Assembly (NCBI GenBank): GCA_965140415.1
Contig: OZ223209.1
Span: forward strand, 1,696,001 to 1,760,000
Source: Myxococcota bacterium
GTDB taxonomy: Bacteria > Myxococcota_A > SURF-8
DNA length: 64,000 nucleotides
Reading direction: 5' to 3'
Shown: positions 10,521 through 19,729 of the stretch, piece by piece
How positions within the stretch are numbered: the first letter of the stretch is position 1
Layout of the letters: each line of letters begins with the position of its first letter
The notes under the pieces: generated by a model
What the model saw: only the letters and a program-made list of their open reading frames with translations
The model's database searches: none
Told to the model about the DNA's origin: nothing
Made by a program: the position numbers and the translations under genes

Positions 10521-11668
10521 GGCAGAAAAAGCAATCCGCAGTTATTCTATGGGGCTCGATCGTTGTTCTCGTTGTTTTGGGAGCAAGTCTGGCCTGGGCG
10601 GTTCCTGAAAATCTGGTTCCCGGTTTTGAAGTCATCTATCCGGCGAATCAAAGCAAAATCAAGTTCAGTCACAAAATTCATGCCAAACACGATTGCCTGA
10701 CCTGCCATGAAAGCGTGGCGACAAGCACAAAAAGCGAGCAGCGCAATCTACCCGCCGAAACGGTGTGTGCCGGTTGCCATGCCGAGCAAACGCGCAAATT
10801 GACCAATGAAGTCGGCGATGTCGCTCGCTGCGAAATGTGTCACCGGGATTACGACCCGGCCAACCGTTCCCGACCAAGCCGCGTGACGGTTACTCCGGCC
10901 AAGTTGATCTTTTCACACCAGGCGCACCAGCAACGGTTGATTAGCTGCAAGCACTGCCATGCCGGAATCGATACGGATGCAGGGCAATCTAAACGACCGA
11001 TGCCTAACGAAGCGATGTGCCTTTCCTGTCATGAGCGAAACAAGAAGGGAAATACCTGCGGTTTTTGTCATCCGAGTCTGCCCTCCGGGCTGATTACGAC
11101 GGATTTCAATGGGTTGAAACTGGTGCCGACCAAAGGCAAACTCAATCATTATCGAAACTGGGAAGCCAATCACGCGATCGAATCGCGTATGCGACCGGAG
11201 TCCTGCCGCAGCTGCCATCAACAGCACGATTGCAATGCCTGTCACGACGGCGTCATGAGACCGATGAAGATCCATCCGGACGATTATGCTACAACCCATG
11301 CGATCGATGCCCGCAACAATCGGAACCGTTGCAACAGCTGTCATCGATATCAGAGTTTCTGTTTAGATTGTCACCAGAAAATGGGTCTGACGACCGGTGC
11401 GGAACGCAAATCGGAAAGAACCCGCATTCATCCGGAAGGCTTCGATGCCTGCATCCGAACTCCCAATCATCATTCATTCCAGGCCAAGCGTTCCTTACTG
11501 AGTTGTGTTTCCTGTCATACGGAGAAAGATTGTCTGAACTGTCATAAGAGCGGATCGGCCTGTGGTGGTGGCGTTCGAATCCACGGACATCTGAGTCCAT
11601 CCCAATTGGACCGGATGAAGGCCAAAAATCCGCGTGCTTGCAAGAAGTGTCATGATGAGTTCAAGTGA
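10511..11668 (+). CDS. Multiheme c-type cytochrome with 13 CxxCH motifs
   Basis: Signal peptide (AWA). CLTCH, CAGCH, CEMCH, CKHCH, CLSCH, CGFCH, CRSCH, CNACH, CNSCH, CLDCH, CVSCH, CLNCH, CKKCH. Two c3/c7-like FSHxxH motifs. Confidence 0.95.
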   Translation: MAIRQKKQSAVILWGSIVVLVVLGASLAWAVPENLVPGFEVIYPANQSKIKFSHKIHAKHDCLTCHESVATSTKSEQRNLPAETVCAGCHAEQTRKLTNEVGDVARCEMCHRDYDPANRSRPSRVTVTPAKLIFSHQAHQQRLISCKHCHAGIDTDAGQSKRPMPNEAMCLSCHERNKKGNTCGFCHPSLPSGLITTDFNGLKLVPTKGKLNHYRNWEANHAIESRMRPESCRSCHQQHDCNACHDGVMRPMKIHPDDYATTHAIDARNNRNRCNSCHRYQSFCLDCHQKMGLTTGAERKSERTRIHPEGFDACIRTPNHHSFQAKRSLLSCVSCHTEKDCLNCHKSGSACGGGVRIHGHLSPSQLDRMKAKNPRACKKCHDEFK

Positions 11669-12116
11669 CCGAAATCGCCAGGGATTGTTGATACTTGTGT
11701 TGGTTGCGTTGTTTACGGGACTGTATGCGGCGGCTTGCTCGAATATCGGAGATGATCCGCTGTATCCGCAGGATACACGAGGTGGATTGGATGTGTTGGA
11801 TAGTTGTCCCTTACCCGGTGAAAGTAACGTTTCCACCGGTGCGGTGGTCAAGTTGCTGTTCAACAAAGAACTCGATCCGGCGACCGTGACAGACAATGCC
11901 ATTCTGATGGGCAGCGGGCGTTGGCATGTCAAGGGGGATTTGTACTACGATGACCGGACTGTGACGTATGTGCCGACTACGGTTTTGGATGCGAACTCGA
12001 AATACACGATCTACATTACCAGTTCGCTGCGCGATATCGATGGTTTCGCTTATACCAAAGAGCTTTCCGTCATATCCTTTCAAACGGGAAGTGAAACGGG
12101 CGTGACTTGCAGGTGA
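11652..12116 (+). CDS. Lipoprotein with bacterial Ig-like (Big_5-like) domain
   Basis: Lipobox AAAC; P.PGESNVST..VKLLFNKELDPATV..YVP..LDANSKYTIYIT..LRDIDG..SFQT pattern. Confidence 0.8.
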   Translation: MMSSSDRNRQGLLILVLVALFTGLYAAACSNIGDDPLYPQDTRGGLDVLDSCPLPGESNVSTGAVVKLLFNKELDPATVTDNAILMGSGRWHVKGDLYYDDRTVTYVPTTVLDANSKYTIYITSSLRDIDGFAYTKELSVISFQTGSETGVTCR

Positions 12117-12261
12117 GAAACTTTGGAGATTATTCAGTTCTGTTTTCATTGGATTTATTCTGCAAGATCAAGTACGATAACACGCAACAAGTGACTTGTA
12201 TGTAAAACATTCCCAACGCCGTAATGACTAAAACCGATGTTTGTTTCATTGAGGGTGAGCC

Positions 12262-12861
12262 GTGCCAGCAAAGAAGACCAGATCGACTCGAACGAACATG
12301 AAGAACGAAGGGGGTGAAACCCCAGCCGGAAACGGAAATATTATCGAATCGGCAGTTGGCAAACAGGATAAAGAAGCCACCGATTCGAAAATTCTGATCC
12401 TCGATCCGAGCACCAATCGGTTGATCAAGCAATCCAATCTGGATGCGGACTGGGTATTGCGTCATGGCTTTTTTCCTTTGGAAATCGCCCGTTTTTTGTC
12501 CATGAACCTTCGCGACAACAATATCCCCTGTGAAATCGGATATGATCTGGAACTGGCCGAAAGCGAAAGCGAAACGGCAATGGCGCTGAGAAACTCATTC
12601 CGAGACAGAAAACCTTTTTATTACGTAGGGTTTCCGGGTGCCTACTATCCGAAGGCAAAAGATATATTGGAGAAGACCAGCTATCCGCTAAAAGATGATG
12701 GTGGGGTAGCCAGGCGTACCTACGAAGCGAAGATGTCGGCGATAAACAAAGCCAACGAGGCTATTCACAAGCGCCAGTTGTTCATATACTTGATGGTGGC
12801 AATGATTGGCATGCTTGGTTTATATGGCTTTTTCATGCTTGCCAAGATTCTTATACCCTAA
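12262..12861 (+). CDS. Hypothetical protein with C-terminal TM helix (possible DUF2007-like domain)
   Basis: GTG start after GAGGG; EIARFLSMNLRDNNIPCE..YPKAKDIL weakly resembles DUF2007; hydrophobic C-terminus. Confidence 0.55.
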   Translation: MPAKKTRSTRTNMKNEGGETPAGNGNIIESAVGKQDKEATDSKILILDPSTNRLIKQSNLDADWVLRHGFFPLEIARFLSMNLRDNNIPCEIGYDLELAESESETAMALRNSFRDRKPFYYVGFPGAYYPKAKDILEKTSYPLKDDGGVARRTYEAKMSAINKANEAIHKRQLFIYLMVAMIGMLGLYGFFMLAKILIP

Positions 12862-12908
12862 GACCGATCGTTTCTTATCACCTTTCCACTTGGGAAATCC
12901 GAAAGCTG

Positions 12909-12938
12909 TTGACATTCAATCCGTACGATTGTTATAAG
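12909..12938 (+). promoter_or_regulatory. Possible sigma70 promoter
   Basis: TTGACA-18 bp-TATAAG upstream of the 13134 gene run. Confidence 0.4.
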
Positions 12939-12985
12939 GTTAACGCTGAGCATAGAAGTCATCTCGTAATTGGGTGACGGTTTCT

Positions 12986-13054
12986 TGTCATGCCGGATTT
13001 CGTCCGGCATCTCTATTATTTTACACGAGAATCCGTTTCGCATGTGAAATGACA
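12986..13054. repeat. Degenerate REP/MITE-like palindromic element
   Basis: TGTCATGCCGGATTTCGTCCGGCATCTC ... GAGAATCCGTTTCGCATGTGAAATGACA; TGTCAT/ATGACA termini and internal hairpin ATGCCGGA/TCCGGCAT. Confidence 0.6.
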
Positions 13055-13133
13055 TCTTTCTTGATTCCGAACAAAACAGGGTGGCATTGAATAGTTAGAA
13101 GGACACGAAACCAGAGTTTAATAAGGAGGTTCC

Positions 13134-15368
13134 ATGTTCCGAAGGTTAGTACAATTTACAGTTATCGTCGCGTTGATCACGACTTTCATACTAGCTTGCG
13201 AAAAAGCGCAGCAAGCCGGATCGAATTTCGAGACAGAATTAAAAACGCAGTTGGAGCAAGCCGGAGGTGATTTCATCTTAGCACCGGATGCAATCAAAGG
13301 TGACATGAAGGCCATTGCCGCAAGTGTAAAAACACCAATAGAGGCCCAACCGGTTTGGAATGCCTTGAAATCGGATTCGGAAGCGGATCTGGTAAAACAG
13401 ATGCTGGCAGCCAAAATCGGACTGATCGTCTTACCGACGGATGTTGGTGAAGACGTTGATCGCAGCGGAAGCGTAGCAGAAGCGATTTTGCACAGTGGCG
13501 ATTTGCAGAACCTGAGCTATGTCCATGTTGATACAGACAAAATTGCGGTGGCTTTGGCTCCATTGGCGTTAAGAATGAGCGAAGCTCAATATCCGATGGT
13601 TTACAGCTATGTCAGGGCGGCTTTAACCGGGCAGACACTCCCCGCTCTTCCGCCGGGATTCGACCAGAAGCTAAAGAATTCTGCGGTGTTGGATCTTCGT
13701 TTCACGGATTCTGAAGGGTATAACAAAACACTCGGATTGATTCGCGGCGTGGGTGACAGCTACAAGGCGGCATTGGACAAGGCGGTCAAGATGGCGCAAA
13801 CGCGCTACCAGAAGCGTGGTGCGGGAAAGATGAATGCCGAACCGCTGGAAATGTTCGTCAAGGGAGCGATCATCACCCTGAATTTCCATCATGCACCGGC
13901 GACTTTGGCGGTAGATGCCAATCAGTTGTCGCGTTATGTGTCGGTTGGCTTGGATGGTCTGGTGCTGCATCTTCCGGCGGCGAAACCGGGAGAACAGGGA
14001 AAAACGGTTAAAATCTCACCGGACAAATCGAAGATCTGGCGTGAGAGCAATTTGAATAAGCTCATGGAAATCGCTTGTAAAAAGTACAAGTTGGACAAAG
14101 ATGCCTGGAAACAGGATGGCGTTCGTTACGAGAAATTCCGCACACTGGACCTGACCGAACGTACGGCAGGTGGAGAAGTGATTCGTTTGTTCCGAGGATT
14201 TGAATGGGTGAACCCGGCCAAATTGGACAAGAAAGAAATCATGGCGGGGTTCATGGATGGTGCCGAGTGGCTGCTTTCGATCAACATACCGGAATCTGGG
14301 ATGTTCGAATACAGTTACTACGCCACTCGCGATCAATACGCCAAAAATCAATACAACCTGATTCGTCACCATCTGGCTACCTTGACTCTGATTCAAGCCT
14401 ATGAATTAACCAAGGAACGTCGTTTTCTGGATGGTGCCAGGCGGGCAATCGAATGGAACTTGAAACTGGTGGAATGGGAAGGCAAGATTGCAATGTTCCG
14501 TCATCCTCGTTTCGATGGTCGCTACAAACTGGGTGGTGCTGGAACGTTATTGCAGGCCATGTGCGAATATTTCCGGTTCGAGCGCGTACCGGAATGGGAA
14601 AAGACCATGAAAGGTCTGGCCGAATTCATCATGGTGCTACAGGAGGAAAACGGTCATTACAAGAGCTTCTATGTGAAAAAAGGGCAGAAACCCTTTGACC
14701 GCGAAGTGACCATCTATCCCGGTGAAGCTAACCTGGCGTTGGTGCGGCTATACCATATCTTCAAAGATCAACGCTATATCGACACCGTGCAGAAAGCCTT
14801 CGAGTATTACTCGAACTGGTTCAACAAAAAGAAGAGCAACCGCAGTAAGGGCGACTTAGGCCCCTTCGTACCCTGGGATATGTCGGCGATGATGGAATTC
14901 TGGGAAGTTGTAAAGAAAGATGAAGTGGCCGATTATGCCTTTGCCATGGCGGATTGGATCATCGACAACTGGTATGTGTTCGGACACAAGCAGACATACT
15001 GGAAAGATTACGTAGGCGGATTCCATGGTTCCAAACGGAAATGGGATATGCCCATCTGGAACAGCGGCGTTTATGGCGAGGGTGTGGCGTCGGTGTATCA
15101 CCTGGCCAAGATGCGCGGAGATGAAAAGCGTATGGCGAAATATCGCAAAGCGGCATTCTTGACAGTGCGCTTTGTACGCCAGAGTCAATATCGCCAGGGT
15201 TCGGTTTACTATCTGCCGAATCCGAGCAAGGCGGTTGGCTGTATTCCGGACAATTTCCATAAAGACGAGTGCCGTTTGGACTTTGCCTATCACTGCCTGA
15301 CGGTGAATTATCGTTTATTGAGATTCTTCCAGCCGGATGACTGGGAAGCGGTCAAGAAGATCCGTTAG
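13134..15368 (+). CDS. Lipoprotein with degenerate AMMECR1-like region and alpha/alpha-toroid (six-hairpin-like) domain
   Basis: AAGGAGG RBS; lipobox ILAC; toroid motifs YNLIRHH, KLGGAG, IYPGEANLAL, RLDFAYH; middle region VGLDGLVL..ACKKYKLDKDAWK parallels the next gene. Confidence 0.65.
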   Translation: MFRRLVQFTVIVALITTFILACEKAQQAGSNFETELKTQLEQAGGDFILAPDAIKGDMKAIAASVKTPIEAQPVWNALKSDSEADLVKQMLAAKIGLIVLPTDVGEDVDRSGSVAEAILHSGDLQNLSYVHVDTDKIAVALAPLALRMSEAQYPMVYSYVRAALTGQTLPALPPGFDQKLKNSAVLDLRFTDSEGYNKTLGLIRGVGDSYKAALDKAVKMAQTRYQKRGAGKMNAEPLEMFVKGAIITLNFHHAPATLAVDANQLSRYVSVGLDGLVLHLPAAKPGEQGKTVKISPDKSKIWRESNLNKLMEIACKKYKLDKDAWKQDGVRYEKFRTLDLTERTAGGEVIRLFRGFEWVNPAKLDKKEIMAGFMDGAEWLLSINIPESGMFEYSYYATRDQYAKNQYNLIRHHLATLTLIQAYELTKERRFLDGARRAIEWNLKLVEWEGKIAMFRHPRFDGRYKLGGAGTLLQAMCEYFRFERVPEWEKTMKGLAEFIMVLQEENGHYKSFYVKKGQKPFDREVTIYPGEANLALVRLYHIFKDQRYIDTVQKAFEYYSNWFNKKKSNRSKGDLGPFVPWDMSAMMEFWEVVKKDEVADYAFAMADWIIDNWYVFGHKQTYWKDYVGGFHGSKRKWDMPIWNSGVYGEGVASVYHLAKMRGDEKRMAKYRKAAFLTVRFVRQSQYRQGSVYYLPNPSKAVGCIPDNFHKDECRLDFAYHCLTVNYRLLRFFQPDDWEAVKKIR

Positions 15369-15417
15369 AAGAGTTTCTTGCAAACGTAAACGTTAGAACA
15401 TCAAAGGGAGTCTATCC

Positions 15418-17244
15418 ATGAAAATATCCAAGGGAATGCTCGTGGTTGCCTTGTTCGCTCTGTTGTCGCTGCTAATGTTGTGGAGTTGCGATAAACAGTC
15501 GGAACCCGCACAAAAGCAGGTGAAGGCCGAGAAAGCGGATAAAAAGTCGGCGAAACGACCTGCAAAGAAATCCAATGAAGTGCAGATCACGCTTACCGAG
15601 GCGGAAAAGAACGAACTGATTCTGTTCGCCCGCAAGGCGTTTGATACTTATGTCAAAGACCAGGAGCGTCTGGATGCCGATGAGCTACCGGAAGGATTGA
15701 GAGACCGCAAAGTCAATCGTGTATTCGCTACGATTTACAAAGAGGGCGAATGGCGGGGATGTGTCAGCTCGATGGGGAAAAATATCGGGACGGCAGTTGT
15801 GGGTGCGATCATCAACACGGTGCGCGATCGACGTTTCAAGAATCCGTTGCCGGAAGAACTGGATAAATTCCGGGTGGAATTGTCGTTCTTGCAGCCGACC
15901 GAGCGCATCGATACCAAAGATCCGGTCGAGATTGAAAAAGTACTGGAACCGGGCGTGGATGGCATCATCGTAACTGGTGCATCGGGAAAACGTGCCTTCT
16001 TCTTGCCTTATGTGTTTGTCAAGAAGCAGCGCACCACTGTTACCTGGCTGGAACGCTTGAGCCGCAAGGCCGGTATGGATAAAGATGCCTGGAAGCTGCC
16101 CGATACCGTGATCGAGCGCTATGGGACCATCAATTTTATCGAAGAGAAGCCATACGGAAAATCGGTGGATCTCTACCGCTACAAGGTCGAGCTGGACGAA
16201 TTGCCTGAGCAGGTGTTGTCGAAGTCGATCGATTCGGCGTTGAAATGGTTTGAAGCGCACAAGGTCGTACATGCCAAACGTTTTGCGCCAGGATATGACA
16301 ACAACCATCATCCGTTGAAGAAGTCCAATGATGGGCACCAATTGTTTGCGCTTTCCGCGTTGAATCGGGCTGCGGAGTTGGACAAGAATGTCGAACTGGG
16401 CAAGCTGGTTCGTTGGGGATACCAGGGAATCAAAGATCTCGTGGTGGATGATCCGGAAAAAGGCTTGCTGTTCAAAACCGAGGGCGTCTCCGATCTGGAA
16501 GGTCGGTTGTTGCTTGGCGATTTACTTATTTCCGGTGGTGCGGTGAAGGGGCGCAAGGAACTCGTTAACAAGTTGGCGGCGAAGTTGCGCACCTTGAAGG
16601 CCGCGGATATTCCAGAACAGGGACGATTCGTTCAGGATTTACGCAATTTCACCGTGTATGTGGTTGCCGGACTGGCACAACTGACCAAGGATGCCCAGGA
16701 TCGCAAGCAGGTTCTGGCTCTGGTTGATTCATGCTGGAATGCGGATGGTCCCTGGGCTTTGACGGCACTGGCAAAGGCGGCGGCGGTACTAAGCGATCCG
16801 GCCATGTTGGTGCAGCTTGGCGAATCCGTGCAGAAGACGATGGGGCATCAGTACCGCAACCAAACCGCTCCCTATGCCGACTTTGTGGGTGCGTTCGACG
16901 ATCAGAAAGTGCCGACAACCGTATTTGTGGCGGCGCGTTTGCGCAGTCTGGCAGAGGCTTACGGTGCGTTGAAGGATCTCAAACCGGAATTGGCGAAACA
17001 GATCGCCGAGGCCATCATGCTCTCCTCCCGGTGGTTGTTCGAACAGCAGTTTACCAAGGTCAGCGCTTTCTACTTCGAGAACTGGGCGCAGTTACAGGGT
17101 GCGTTTAAGCGCGATATTTTGCTGAATCAATCAACTCTGATCGACACCGCTTCGGCGTTATTGGCGCTACTGGAAGTACGTCGCCAGATGGGCGATGAGT
17201 TTGAAACCTTGCGGGCAGCGATGCAGGATCAGCTCAGGAAGTAA
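15418..17244 (+). CDS. AMMECR1-domain lipoprotein with degenerate helical C-terminal domain
   Basis: Lipobox LWSC; RVFATIYKEGEWRGCV, DRRF, VELSFL, LEPGVDGII, AFFLPYV, LSRKAG match the AMMECR1 pattern. Confidence 0.8.
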   Translation: MKISKGMLVVALFALLSLLMLWSCDKQSEPAQKQVKAEKADKKSAKRPAKKSNEVQITLTEAEKNELILFARKAFDTYVKDQERLDADELPEGLRDRKVNRVFATIYKEGEWRGCVSSMGKNIGTAVVGAIINTVRDRRFKNPLPEELDKFRVELSFLQPTERIDTKDPVEIEKVLEPGVDGIIVTGASGKRAFFLPYVFVKKQRTTVTWLERLSRKAGMDKDAWKLPDTVIERYGTINFIEEKPYGKSVDLYRYKVELDELPEQVLSKSIDSALKWFEAHKVVHAKRFAPGYDNNHHPLKKSNDGHQLFALSALNRAAELDKNVELGKLVRWGYQGIKDLVVDDPEKGLLFKTEGVSDLEGRLLLGDLLISGGAVKGRKELVNKLAAKLRTLKAADIPEQGRFVQDLRNFTVYVVAGLAQLTKDAQDRKQVLALVDSCWNADGPWALTALAKAAAVLSDPAMLVQLGESVQKTMGHQYRNQTAPYADFVGAFDDQKVPTTVFVAARLRSLAEAYGALKDLKPELAKQIAEAIMLSSRWLFEQQFTKVSAFYFENWAQLQGAFKRDILLNQSTLIDTASALLALLEVRRQMGDEFETLRAAMQDQLRK

Positions 17245-18587
17245 TGATGGATACACAAGCTGAACGCATTCCGATTGCCAGTATCCGGGATTTGGAGGAG
17301 GAAGGTGCGACTTGTGTAGTTGCCGGTCGTCTGGTGCAGTTGTCCCCGGCGACATTGACCCTGGAAGACCAGACCGACCGCCGTACCTTTGGGTTTCCAA
17401 ATAACAATCCGGATCTGACGCGGGTGCGACTGGGAGACATTCTGGAAGTAACGCTGATGCTGCGGCAGAAAGCCTGGCGCGTCATGAGTCACCGGGTGTT
17501 GACTCCTTGTATGCTTGATCAGGAAAAGATGCGCCAGTGGATGGCGCGTTGGATGGAAACCGGCAATCGCAAGCGGCGCAACTTGGTGTTGCGTGATGCC
17601 GTAATGCGCTCCATGAGAGACTATTTTCTAAGCGACAACTTTTTGGAAGTGGCGACGCCAACCTTGGTAGCCTGCCCAGGCATGGAGCCGAATCTTACCG
17701 GTTTTTCCTCACAGTGGGTTGGGCCGTTCGGCGGTTGGGAACAGAATTACTACCTGCCTACCTCGCCGGAGTTCCACATGAAAAAGTTGCTAGTACTCGG
17801 TTACGAGCGGATCTTCGAATTCGCACGCTGTTTCCGCAATCGTGAGTTTTCTGCGCATCACCAACCCGAATTCACCATGTTGGAGTGGTACCGGGCATAT
17901 TCCGATTATGAAACGATCATGACCGATACCGAGCAGTTGGTCAGCAAAGCGGCCCAGGATGCGTTGGGTACCATGACCATACAGTATCAGGGGCGCACGA
18001 TCGATTTGACGCCACCCTGGCCGCGTGTGTCGGTGCGAGACCTGTTTTTGCAGCGTTTGAAAATCGATTTGTCCGAAACGAGAAATGCGCCGGCACTGGC
18101 GCGAGCCGCCATCGAGCGTGGATTCTCCTATGTCAGCCCCAACGAAACCTTCGAGGTGGTGTTTTTCAAGCTGTTCCTAACGGAAATCGAGGAACGCCTG
18201 GGCTGGGATCGTCCGGTGATTTTGCGGGATTATCCCATGGAAATGAGTGCCTTGGCGCGACGTAAACCCAAAGATCAGCGCTACTGTGAGCGATTCGAAG
18301 TGTATATAGCCGGAATCGAACTGGCCAATGCCTTTGGTGAGTTGACCAATGCTCCCGAGCAGAAGCGTCGCTTTATGGATGACATGGCCGAGAGCGACAA
18401 GGAGCGAGGCTTCCACTACGAACCGGACGAGGAATTTCTCGAAGCACTGAGCTTTGGTATGCCTCCTTCGGCGGGAATCGCGCTGGGTGTGGATCGTGTT
18501 GCCATGCTGCTTGCCAATGAAACCTCTCTCTTCCCGGTAACGGCATTCCCTCATCGTTCGCCGGTGGGACAGAAAGAAGAGAACTGA
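17244..18587 (+). CDS. epmA: EF-P lysine aminoacylase (EpmA/GenX/PoxA) with N-terminal extension
   Basis: FLEVATPTL, YLPTSPEFHMKKLL, CFRNRE..HQPEFTMLEWYR, ERFEVY..ELANAFGEL, GMPPSAGIALGVDR. Confidence 0.92.
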   Translation: MMDTQAERIPIASIRDLEEEGATCVVAGRLVQLSPATLTLEDQTDRRTFGFPNNNPDLTRVRLGDILEVTLMLRQKAWRVMSHRVLTPCMLDQEKMRQWMARWMETGNRKRRNLVLRDAVMRSMRDYFLSDNFLEVATPTLVACPGMEPNLTGFSSQWVGPFGGWEQNYYLPTSPEFHMKKLLVLGYERIFEFARCFRNREFSAHHQPEFTMLEWYRAYSDYETIMTDTEQLVSKAAQDALGTMTIQYQGRTIDLTPPWPRVSVRDLFLQRLKIDLSETRNAPALARAAIERGFSYVSPNETFEVVFFKLFLTEIEERLGWDRPVILRDYPMEMSALARRKPKDQRYCERFEVYIAGIELANAFGELTNAPEQKRRFMDDMAESDKERGFHYEPDEEFLEALSFGMPPSAGIALGVDRVAMLLANETSLFPVTAFPHRSPVGQKEEN

Positions 18588-19651
18588 TGCCCTGGTCGCA
18601 ATTCGGCAGTCAACCGCGAGTGGTTTCCATCTTGCGTCGGATCGTCGAATCCGGAAGGATTGCGCATGCTTTCCTGTTCTGCGGTCCTGATGGCGTTGGT
18701 AAACGTGAGGCGGCGATTCTTTTCGCCCAGGCGTTGAATTGTGACCGCTCCGATAGCGATCCCTGCGGTATTTGTTCGAACTGTGATCTGTTGGATCGCA
18801 GCCGAGATCCCAAGGAGCAGGTGCACCCCGACCTGATGCACCTCGTACCCGGCGGTTGGATCGGCAAGGATGGTCGCAAGCAGAGCAGCCATACCATTTT
18901 GGTCGATGCGATCCGCGATTTGAGATCGAGTTTGTACGCCGCACCACTAAAGGCAAATTACCGCCTGGTATTGATTCACGAAGCGGACACCATGCAAATT
19001 GCGGCGCAGAACGCATTTCTGAAAACACTGGAAGAGCCGGTCGATCGGATTCGGACGATCTTCCTTCTGCTCAGTTCGCGTCCCAATGCCTTATTGCCGA
19101 CCATTCGTTCCCGCTGCCAGATCGTTCGTTTCGGTGCGGTGAGCGCCGGGAATATTCGTCGTCGCCTGGAGATCCACCATCAGTTGGACGAGGAGCAGGC
19201 GGAGTTATTGGCTTCGCTGTCGGATGGAAATTTGCAGGTCGCCGAGCAGATGGCGGAAGCTGGTGAGGATGGGAGCTGGAATACGAACCGCTTGCAGTGG
19301 TTGGATTTCTGGCATGAGATCGCCATAGGAAAGTCCGGTGAAACCGGTGAGTTCGTAGACCAATCCGCACGAACGAGAGATCGATTGTCTGAATTGCTGG
19401 CTTTATTGATCACCTGGCACCGGGATCTGCTGATTATTGCGTCCGATGCGTCGGAAGAGCGGGTTGTGAATCGCGATCGCTTACAGCAGTTGCAGCAGGA
19501 AGCCCGACTCGTTCCTGCCGGTCGAATCGCCTACCGCATGGAACGATTGATCGATATCCGACGGGATCTGGAATCCATATATATCCGAGGGGATGTGGCA
19601 ATGAGTAGCGTATTGATGGAGGTTGCGAGTTCCCGCGCGTATTCGGCATAA
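18587..19651 (+). CDS. holB: DNA polymerase III subunit delta'
   Basis: AHAFLFCGPDGVGK, zinc cluster, HPD, NAFLKTLEEP, LLPTIRSRCQ. Confidence 0.93.
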   Translation: MPWSQFGSQPRVVSILRRIVESGRIAHAFLFCGPDGVGKREAAILFAQALNCDRSDSDPCGICSNCDLLDRSRDPKEQVHPDLMHLVPGGWIGKDGRKQSSHTILVDAIRDLRSSLYAAPLKANYRLVLIHEADTMQIAAQNAFLKTLEEPVDRIRTIFLLLSSRPNALLPTIRSRCQIVRFGAVSAGNIRRRLEIHHQLDEEQAELLASLSDGNLQVAEQMAEAGEDGSWNTNRLQWLDFWHEIAIGKSGETGEFVDQSARTRDRLSELLALLITWHRDLLIIASDASEERVVNRDRLQQLQQEARLVPAGRIAYRMERLIDIRRDLESIYIRGDVAMSSVLMEVASSRAYSA

Positions 19652-19729
19652 CTTAAAATCCGGTATACGTGGAAAATCATTGGGATTATTACAAAAGATT
19701 GTCTATAATACTCCCCCTTATTCATCACC

